NCBI GenBank assembly: GCA_037443265.1 | Contig: JBBIOR010000002.1 | Span: forward strand, 89,049-105,209 | Reading direction: 5' to 3' | Length of the DNA: 16,161 nt | DNA from: Candidatus Fraserbacteria bacterium | Lineage (GTDB): Bacteria > Bipolaricaulota > Bipolaricaulia > RBG-16-55-9 | Part shown: positions 10,095 to 15,845 of the stretch, piece after piece | Position numbering within the stretch: the first letter of the stretch is position 1 | Layout of the letters: each line of letters opens with the position of its first letter | Translations under genes and position numbers: made by a program | The notes under the pieces: model-generated | Told to the model about the DNA's origin: nothing | Database searches by the model: none | What the model saw: only the letters and a program-made list of their open reading frames with translations

Positions 10095-10101
10095 CGCCCT
10101 T

Positions 10102-11136
10102 TCATCGCTGGATGACCAGCCGCTGGACGGCAGAAGAAGTCATCCCTCGATCCTGAATGGCTGCCCGCACCAGATAATAATAAGGCCCACTGGGTAGATC
10201 TCGGACTTGTGAATCCGTCAAGTTCCATTGGAAGGTGTTGGCCGTGATCGACAGCGCCGTGGTGAAGACCTGTCGTCCAGTCAGGCTGAAGACGTATAGT
10301 GTGGCCGCGGTAGTCTTCTCCGGCAGGGTATAGCGAAAGGTGGCTGATAGGCGAGCCGGATTGGGGAAGACGTGGACGCTGACCGGCGGCAGCTGCCCCG
10401 GTGCGACAACAGTGATTTGTTTGGAGGCGGTACTGGTGGCCCCTTGGCTGTCTTTCACCGTAAGCTTCACGGTGTATGTGCCAGCTGTCTTGTATTTATG
10501 ACTAGGAGTCTGCAGGGTGCTCGTGGTGTTATCTCCGAAGTCCCAACTCCAGGAGGTGATCTGAGCACCTCCGCTGGATTTATCAAGAAATTTTACTTCT
10601 TGGCCGGCTTGGGGCTCGGCAGGCTCCCAGGAGAAGTCGGCCTTCAGCTCCGCAGCCGCAGTCACACTCAGCTGGCCATTTATGATCGTAGGGGCCACAT
10701 AGGCCGTGGGCGTGTTGAAGCCGTTGACGGTGAAGGTGAGCGTAAGAGTCGTCTTCTGTCCCGCGGTACCGGTGGCCAGCAGATCGAACTGCATGAACTC
10801 CCCTTGGGTAAGAAGCGGCTCGGTGATCTTAAAGCCGATGAAGCGCACCTCGCCTAAAGCATTGTCTATCTGGAAGGCGGCTATGGTATAGCCGTTCAGC
10901 CCGAGGACGTTCTGGGCTGTGGCCACCTTGGGATCGTAGCTCAGCCGCCCCTGGAAGTTCGAGAGGCCGGGCGAGGGCATCCCTTGCAGGGAGACCTTCA
11001 CTGCACCCATCCGCCCTTGGCCGACCGTGATACTGGCCACCGTGACGGTCGCCTGCTGAGCCTTCAAAGTCCAAAAGAGTAGGCTGATCAACACCAGGGC
11101 TGCGCCGGCATACGGAGCGAATCTTCTATGGGTCAT
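10102..11136 (-). CDS. Secreted cohesin-like + PKD + T9SS type-A-like/FlgD-Ig C-terminal domain protein, copy A
   Basis: Signal peptide; cohesin-like FQGRLSYDPKV; PKD ADFSW...WSWDFGD...YTVKLTVKD; CTD VFPNPA...FSLTGR...WNLTD...LPSGPYYY...LVIQR. Confidence 0.85.
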   Translation of the reverse strand: MTHRRFAPYAGAALVLISLLFWTLKAQQATVTVASITVGQGRMGAVKVSLQGMPSPGLSNFQGRLSYDPKVATAQNVLGLNGYTIAAFQIDNALGEVRFIGFKITEPLLTQGEFMQFDLLATGTAGQKTTLTLTFTVNGFNTPTAYVAPTIINGQLSVTAAAELKADFSWEPAEPQAGQEVKFLDKSSGGAQITSWSWDFGDNTTSTLQTPSHKYKTAGTYTVKLTVKDSQGATSTASKQITVVAPGQLPPVSVHVFPNPARLSATFRYTLPEKTTAATLYVFSLTGRQVFTTALSITANTFQWNLTDSQVRDLPSGPYYYLVRAAIQDRGMTSSAVQRLVIQR

Positions 11137-11215
11137 GAGAAAATCTGCATGGCTATTCTAGGCTGTGAGGCCTGTGAGGCCGAAGGACAGCCGTCCTGAG
11201 CCAAAGGCCCTTCTG

Positions 11216-12412
11216 TCAACGGTCTTCAAAGAACTCCCAGCTTCTTGAGAGGCTGAGAACCCCCTTGTCCCAGCCCGTGGAGGAGATCCACGACGAGGAG
11301 CCAGAGAGCTCCCAGACGTCAGAAGATACGCTGCCCGAAAGATCCAGCAGCCACAGGCTGCCCGTGTAATTGAATACCCCATTCAACAGGGCCACCTCAT
11401 AGAGGGCTTGGCCCAAGAGCATCCCGTTGGCGATGCCCGCCGGCCCCAGCCCCAGCTTGCCCTGAAGATTAAAGCCAATATCAATCTTAGAAGCCTCAAG
11501 TTGCGCCCTCCAGCTCCCCGGCAAAAGACTTAGGGTCGCCTGCGCGGAGTCTGCCAAATTATGCCAGCGGCCTGCCAGCTGCGTCTCCAGCCAGCCACCT
11601 GGCCCCCAACGCACCAGGCCACGGGCATCGATATCTGGCCGTAGAGGCTGCTCGGCTTCCACCCAGGCCTCTTGCCATCCAGACCCAGACGGAGAGAGAG
11701 ACGAGCCTAGGCTGAGCGGCCCACTCCTGAGCCCAAGCTCCAGCTTTCGCCAGAGCCACCGTGACGGCTCCTCGGCTGCTATGAATTGCCCCAGCCAGCT
11801 TAGCTCTTCCGCCGGGGAGAACCTCCAGAGGAGACCCAGATTCAGGGGCAGATCTTTTGCGCTGTCAAAGCTTACTTTCACCGTGAGTGGCTGGCTCAAT
11901 GTCCACAAGAGCTCGGCCCCCTGGAGTGTCCACTGATCCTTTTGCCATTGGAGCTGGGCGATTTGTAGGTTCCACGCTGGGCCTTTGAGCCAGCCCTGGA
12001 GCGTCCAAGTCGAACCTGAAGGCGAGAACTGGACGCTCAATGCCAGCTGTCCGAAGGAGATGCGGCTCTCCAAGCCTAGCTGCACGGAGTAGCTGGAGCT
12101 GGAGGAGGGGGCGTCCATCTCCCAGCGGGCAGAAGCCCTAGCTCGCCAGCTGGCCTGCTCCAGGCTCTGGGAGAGGCCGAGGCGCAACGATGGAGTCTCT
12201 TGCAGGCTCCGGGTGGCTTCCAGTTGGGCCTGCCAGGCGGCTCGCTTTAAGTCGGCACGCAGGGTGAGCTCGGGGGCGGAGTGGGCGAAGAAGCTCACTT
12301 CGAAGGCCAGCTGAACTTGCCGAAGATCTTCTGAAATCTCCTGCCCCCAAGCAAAAGAGCTCATCAGGGTCAGCAGGGCCCCAAGCAAGGCCCCTGCTAA
12401 TCTTTTGAGCAT
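11216..12412 (-). CDS. Hypothetical exported protein, probable outer-membrane beta-barrel
   Basis: 398-aa ORF with a signal peptide (AWG/Q). Trp/Gly/Leu-rich alternating amphipathic strands throughout and aromatic residues near the C-terminus (SWEFFEDR). No family recognised. Confidence 0.6.
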   Translation of the reverse strand: MLKRLAGALLGALLTLMSSFAWGQEISEDLRQVQLAFEVSFFAHSAPELTLRADLKRAAWQAQLEATRSLQETPSLRLGLSQSLEQASWRARASARWEMDAPSSSSSYSVQLGLESRISFGQLALSVQFSPSGSTWTLQGWLKGPAWNLQIAQLQWQKDQWTLQGAELLWTLSQPLTVKVSFDSAKDLPLNLGLLWRFSPAEELSWLGQFIAAEEPSRWLWRKLELGLRSGPLSLGSSLSPSGSGWQEAWVEAEQPLRPDIDARGLVRWGPGGWLETQLAGRWHNLADSAQATLSLLPGSWRAQLEASKIDIGFNLQGKLGLGPAGIANGMLLGQALYEVALLNGVFNYTGSLWLLDLSGSVSSDVWELSGSSSWISSTGWDKGVLSLSRSWEFFEDR

Positions 12413-12429
12413 AAGTGCAGGATAGCGCT

Positions 12430-12476
12430 TTGCCTCCTCTTCTGTGTGTGTCTTGAGCTTACGGGATGATCATCTC
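12430..12476 (-). repeat. Repeat copy R1 (partial): orphan RTX-gene 3' tail plus CA-rich linker, no hairpin
   Basis: 12455-12476 matches 15094-15115 at 21/22 nt (GAG ATG ATC ATC CCG TAA GCTC = EMIIP*). The following CTCAA..CACACACA..GGCAA matches the linker of copy R3. Confidence 0.85.
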
Positions 12477-12517
12477 AATCTCAATATGGACAGAGTCACT
12501 CAAAGTGAGGCAGAGAC

Positions 12518-13084
12518 TCAGAAGACCTCATCCAGGGGGATCTCCAAGCCCGCAAGCAGCGGCGACTTCAGCCTCTCCCCGCGGTGATAGAGGCCCACCC
12601 GCTGGTAGCCTCGCTCCTTAAGCTGAAGCACCTCAATCGTCTGAAGCTCGGGCTCTACGATCCAATATTCCTTCACCCCATGCCGAGCGTACAGGGTGCG
12701 CTTGTAGGCGCGATCCTTTTCGGCAGTAGTTGGGGAGAGAACTTCTACTACCAGATCTGGAGCTCCACGGATCTCGTCTTCTTGAATGATGCGGCGTCGG
12801 GCCTTAGAGACGTAGAGGATGTCCGGCTGGACGACCTGCTCCATCCCAGGCTCTCCAAGCACCACGTCCAACGGAGCCTCATACACACGACCTAGCTGGC
12901 GTTCCTTAACAAAATGGCGTAGATGGAAGGCAAGTTCTCCACAGGCCCATTGATGGGCCTCTCCGGGTGAAGGAGGCATGGGAATCAACTCCCCCCCTAA
13001 GAGCTCATACCGCTGCCGCTCGGAGTAGGGCAAGCTCTTGTAGTCGTGATAGGTAAACCGAATTGGGCTCTGGACTTTGGCCAT
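12518..13084 (-). CDS. Uma2 family (DUF820) PD-(D/E)XK putative endonuclease
   Basis: RYELLGGEL, PSP..HQ, VVQPDILYV, GAPDLVVEVLSP, DR..KRTLYARHGVKEYWIV. Confidence 0.93.
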   Translation of the reverse strand: MAKVQSPIRFTYHDYKSLPYSERQRYELLGGELIPMPPSPGEAHQWACGELAFHLRHFVKERQLGRVYEAPLDVVLGEPGMEQVVQPDILYVSKARRRIIQEDEIRGAPDLVVEVLSPTTAEKDRAYKRTLYARHGVKEYWIVEPELQTIEVLQLKERGYQRVGLYHRGERLKSPLLAGLEIPLDEVF

Positions 13085-13100
13085 GCCTACTCACCGTCGT

Positions 13101-13129
13101 ATTATCGTTCTTCCGCTTCAATCTGTCAA
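13101..13129 (-). promoter_or_regulatory. Near-consensus sigma70 promoter of the Uma2 gene
   Basis: Minus strand TTGACA-N17-GATAAT, 16 nt before the ATG, with GGTGAG as a possible RBS. Confidence 0.75.
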
Positions 13130-13135
13130 CGTTCG

Positions 13136-13255
13136 ATCCACTAATCCGTTCTCGATCCGTTGACAGAGAGCAGAAAACGCAAGGAGCCCCGGGTTCTCCC
13201 CAGGGCCCCTTCCCTTGGCCATTGCAGTCGTTGACCCTAAGGCTCACGTCATCTC
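13136..13255 (-). repeat. Repeat copy R2: degenerate tail, terminator hairpin and CTGTCAACGGAT motif
   Basis: Aligns by eye with 13738-13840 and 14228-14346 (TAATCCG......ATCCGTTGACAGA...AAGGRGCCCCGGG...GGGCCCCTYCCCT). Confidence 0.85.
13172..13211 (-). terminator. Intrinsic terminator (in R2)
   Basis: Minus-strand 13-bp GC stem with two G-U pairs (13181-13211), followed by GCGTTTTCT. Confidence 0.7.
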
Positions 13256-13600
13256 GGCTTGAAGAGGATCTTGCGATCGGCTTCCTCAAAGATGATGCTG
13301 AAGCGCTCGAAGATGTCCAATCGACCCAAAAGCAACGGGACCTCCTCAATGAGTGCCCACGCCACCCGGGCCTCAAATTCCTGATCACCCAGGCGCAGGG
13401 GAATTCGGGAGACAATCATGGAGACGGCCCCTTCGCCAATCCCACGGAGCTCATCGATTTGCGCTTGCGCAATCTCTAAGCCTAAGAGGCGTCCGAACGA
13501 GAGAGGGATCAGGGTGATGTCCGCTCCGGAATCGATATAGGGATGAGCTTCGATCCACTCACCACCGGCTTCGCTCCTCTCGATAGTGGAACTCGATCAT
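13249..13600 (-). pseudogene. Retropepsin-like (clan AA) aspartic protease, frameshifted
   Basis: The ATG at 13600 overlaps the upstream stop (ATGA) and reads MIEFHYREERSRW* (stop 13559-13561). The body EWIEAHPYIDSGADITLIP...PLLLGRLDIFERFSIIF...KPR* (stop 13249-13251) is in another frame, with no start codon before the DSG motif. Confidence 0.8.
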
Positions 13601-13740
13601 CCTAAGACGAGCGTTTCCGCTTTGGGGACCTTGGCGAGTGAGATGCGCTTACCCGGATACTTGGCCTGTGCTTGACGATAGACCTCTTCGGCTTCATCTC
13701 CGCTGGTGGCGACTTTCCCTTCGACCAAAGCCACCCATTC
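13597..13740 (-). pseudogene. 5'-truncated DUF5678-like small protein
   Basis: EWVALVEGKVATSGDEAEEVYRQAQAKYPGKRISLAKVPKAETLVLG* is the usual upstream partner of such aspartic proteases. Upstream, the frame runs directly into repeat R3, with no plausible start. Confidence 0.7.
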
Positions 13741-13840
13741 CCATCCGTTGACAGAAAAGAACAAAGGGGCCCCGGGTTCTCCCAGGGCCCCTCCCCTTGC
13801 CGTTCGTTGTGTGTGCGTTGAGGTTACGGGACGATCGTCT
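13738..13840 (-). repeat. Repeat copy R3: orphan RTX-gene tail (TIVP*), linker, terminator hairpin and CTGTCAACGGATGGGAA
   Basis: 13738-13756 is identical to 14242-14260 (19 nt). 13824-13840 reads AG ACG ATC GTC CCG TAA, versus AG ACC ATC ATC CCC TAA at the end of the gene at 14329. Confidence 0.9.
13752..13792 (-). terminator. Intrinsic terminator (in R3)
   Basis: AGGGGCCCUGGG-AGAA-CCCGGGGCCCCU (12-bp stem, one U-G pair), followed by UUGUUCUUUUC. Confidence 0.8.
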
Positions 13841-13948
13841 TCACTTTGGGCTGTGCCGGGCTTTGCGGATGTCACGTATGATGGTGGGCAGGGTGAACGC
13901 TAAGCCCCCGACGAAGATGATAAGCAGCAACAGCAGCACACTATCCAT
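13841..13948 (-). CDS. 35-aa single-TM peptide with basic C-terminus
   Basis: MDSVLLLLLIIFVGGLAFTLPTIIRDIRKARHSPK, with RBS GAGAGGTGG immediately after the stop of the 61-aa gene. Confidence 0.65.
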   Translation of the reverse strand: MDSVLLLLLIIFVGGLAFTLPTIIRDIRKARHSPK

Positions 13949-13964
13949 CGGACCACCTCTCTTC

Positions 13965-14150
13965 CTAGTCGGCTCCTTTAAGAAAGAACAGTCCAATCGC
14001 ATAGAAGGTAAGCCAAATGACCCCTCCTGCAACTGTCCAGATCCAATTGAATTCCTTGGAGATGATCTGACCGATCAAGAGTGCACCGGCAGCGAAGTTG
14101 GCCACATCCATAAGCTTCTCGGCCAGCACCTCCCGTTGCTTAGGGGTCAT
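13965..14150 (-). CDS. 61-aa two-TM small membrane protein
   Basis: MTPKQREVLAEKLMDVANFAAGALLIGQII...WTVAGGVIWLTFYAIGLFFLKGAD. A TATACT -10-like box at 14160-14165 lies just upstream, with no clear SD. Confidence 0.75.
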   Translation of the reverse strand: MTPKQREVLAEKLMDVANFAAGALLIGQIISKEFNWIWTVAGGVIWLTFYAIGLFFLKGAD

Positions 14151-14227
14151 GGTCTCTTCAGTATAGCCTAAGAGAGGGTTGTATGCATCTATCTTCGAGA
14201 GGGGAAAGATCAGCGAATTGCCCAGTT

Positions 14228-14346
14228 ATCCGTTAATCCGCTTCCCATCCGTTGACAGAAGAAGCAAAGGGGCCCCGGGCTTTCCCCCTGGGGCCCCTCC
14301 CCTGGGCCGTTTGTGGGTTAAGGTTAGCTTAGGGGATGATGGTCTC
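14228..14346 (-). repeat. Repeat copy R4: native 3' end of the RTX-like gene, terminator hairpin and CTGTCAACGGAT motif
   Basis: Most complete copy; aligns with R2 and R3. Confidence 0.9.
14256..14298 (-). terminator. Intrinsic terminator of the CTD-RTX-RTX transcription unit
   Basis: AGGGGCCCC-A-GGG-(GGAAAG)-CCC-GGGGCCCCU followed by UUGCUUCUUC, 30 nt after the stop at 14329. Confidence 0.8.
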
Positions 14347-15030
14347 GCAGGTGTCTGTTGAGCCACCCACTAGAGCGAGCTGCCGCAAGTTCACCAGGAC
14401 GCCCCCTTTGCGGCCTACCGCCTTAAAGTTTCCATTGAGATAGACTATATCAGCACCTGGACCGCAGTCGATGAAGTCTTGCCCGCTGTTGCGGTCGAGA
14501 ATGATGGTGTCGTCTCCGCCCCCTGCCCGCACCGTGTCCGGCTCGTTGTCACCCACCAAGTTGATCGTAGACTCGGCATCTAAGTTAAGCACGTCTCGAC
14601 CCCTACCATCCACAATGGTGAATTTCGCCGAGGAAGTTTGTACCGTTATGGTATCGTTTCCTAATCCACCATCCAGATAGTGTGGGCCGCCGCTCGTACC
14701 TGTGCTTATGATCAAGTCGTTGCCAGACTCCGCGAAGACGGTGTAGGCTCCGCTTCCGCTGAGTGTGATCTGGTCGTTGCCGCTGCCGAGGAAGTGCTGA
14801 TCTGTCCCCGCACTGCTATTGGTGACGACATCGTTACCCCCGAGCGCGTAGACCGTGTCCGAACCTGCGAACATTACTGTCATCACGTCATTGCCATTGG
14901 TGCCGACGCAGGGGCCTCCTCCTCCTGGACAAGCGATGATCGCGGCGTGGGCCAAGAAGGCGACGGCACCCAGCATCGCCACGAGGCTCGCTAGCCCCCC
15001 CACCAGCATCTGAGGGTTTATCTTCCGCAT
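14329..15030 (-). CDS. Secreted calcium-binding protein with RTX/hemolysin-type GGxGxD repeats, paralog 2 (233 aa)
   Basis: True start at 15030 (MRKINPQML...), supported by RBS AAGGAGG and alignment with paralog 1. Signal peptide, CPGGGGPCVGT, repeats LGGND/GSGND/ESGND/GGLGND/GRGRD, C-terminus DTCETIIP. Confidence 0.88.
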   Translation of the reverse strand: MRKINPQMLVGGLASLVAMLGAVAFLAHAAIIACPGGGGPCVGTNGNDVMTVMFAGSDTVYALGGNDVVTNSSAGTDQHFLGSGNDQITLSGSGAYTVFAESGNDLIISTGTSGGPHYLDGGLGNDTITVQTSSAKFTIVDGRGRDVLNLDAESTINLVGDNEPDTVRAGGGDDTIILDRNSGQDFIDCGPGADIVYLNGNFKAVGRKGGVLVNLRQLALVGGSTDTCETIIP

Positions 15031-15097
15031 GTATGCCAACCTCCTTCGCATCTGTCCGAGATCTTTTGCCAAGACTTTGGGCCTCAGAACCTCGAGC

Positions 15098-15811
15098 TTA
15101 CGGGATGATGATCTCGCAGGTGTCGGTCGAGCCGCCCAAGAGTGCAATCTGGCGCAGATTGACTAACACACCGCCCACGCGGCCCACCGCCTTGTTGTTC
15201 CCGTTGAGGAAGACGATGTCGAAGCCGCCCCCACACACGATGAGGTCTTGGCCGCTGTTGCGATCCAGGACGATGGTATCAGCATTCCCATCGGCAGGGT
15301 CTATAAAGACGCTGTCCGGTTCGTTATCTCCGACCAAAAAGAGGGTGACACCACCAGTAGCTGCTAGGATATTGATTGCATCGCGACCCGGACCGTCTGT
15401 GATGGTCACACCTGCGACGATACCAATGATGTTGAACGTGTCATTCCCTCGTCCGCCGTTTAGCGTGGCTCCAAGCGCAAGAGCGCCAGTGACGTTGAAA
15501 ATATCGTTGCCGTCCTCGCCAAGGATAGTTTTAGCTCCCGTGCTGGTTATATTGAATGTGTCATTGCCGGTGCCACCAAAGATCAGGTGGGCAACTGCTG
15601 TAGTATCATTGATGGTATCGTTGCCTCCGAGCCCGAAAATGCTCTGAGCAGCGGTTCCAGCGGTGATCGTGTCCGCGGCATTGGTACCAACACAAGGCAC
15701 TCCTCCTGCTGGACACCCAATGATGGCCCCATAGGCCAAGAAGGCGACGGCCCCGAGCATCAGGAGCAGGCTCGCCAGCCCTCCTAACATCTGCGGTTTG
15801 ATGTTACGCAT
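15098..15811 (-). CDS. Secreted calcium-binding protein with RTX/hemolysin-type GGxGxD repeats, paralog 1
   Basis: RBS AAGGAGG; signal peptide; CPAGGVPCVGT; repeats GLGGND, GGTGND, GEDGND, GGRGND, DGPGRD; C-terminus DTCEIIIP. Confidence 0.9.
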   Translation of the reverse strand: MRNIKPQMLGGLASLLLMLGAVAFLAYGAIIGCPAGGVPCVGTNAADTITAGTAAQSIFGLGGNDTINDTTAVAHLIFGGTGNDTFNITSTGAKTILGEDGNDIFNVTGALALGATLNGGRGNDTFNIIGIVAGVTITDGPGRDAINILAATGGVTLFLVGDNEPDSVFIDPADGNADTIVLDRNSGQDLIVCGGGFDIVFLNGNNKAVGRVGGVLVNLRQIALLGGSTDTCEIIIP

Positions 15812-15845
15812 CTTGCTAACCTCCTTCTTTTCTCATTGTCGCTGG

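Noticed and set aside
3211..10891. Numerous short antisense or alternate-frame ORFs inside the large genes
   Set aside because: Fully nested in well-supported CDSs, with no recognisable motifs.
11163..11180. Short direct repeat CTGTGAGGC x2
   Set aside because: Two 9-mers only, with no further support.
13249..13740. TGA readthrough fusing the DUF5678-like protein to the protease (both bodies are in the same frame)
   Set aside because: The ATGA-coupled start MIEFHYREERS looks like the real protease N-terminus, so a frameshifting deletion is simpler; no recoding signal was recognised.
13597..13875. 92-aa ORF as called in the track
   Set aside because: Its first half is translated terminator/repeat sequence; only 13597-13740 is protein-like.
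13949..14032. Extended start of the 63-aa ORF
   Set aside because: It overlaps the 61-aa gene; the RBS supports the ATG at 13948.
13160..14257. Plus-strand TTGACA in each repeat as antisense promoters
   Set aside because: The position 16-18 nt downstream gives no -10-like hexamer (it falls in or at the GC stem).
13122..14260. Repeats as canonical integron attC sites
   Set aside because: GTTGACA does not fit GTTRRRY, the inverted partner occurs in only one copy, the hairpins look like terminators, and no intI is present.
13136..14346. Repeats as a CRISPR array
   Set aside because: Units are about 100-120 nt, degenerate, and separated by 400-700 nt of gene-bearing DNA; no cas genes.
13063..14361. 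Plus-strand ORFs sharing a KGAPGxPxxPP motif
   Set aside because: The shared peptide is only the translation of the repeated hairpin.
15031..15147. N-terminal extension of the RTX paralog 2 ORF
   Set aside because: It overlaps paralog 1; the RBS and paralog alignment place the start at 15030.
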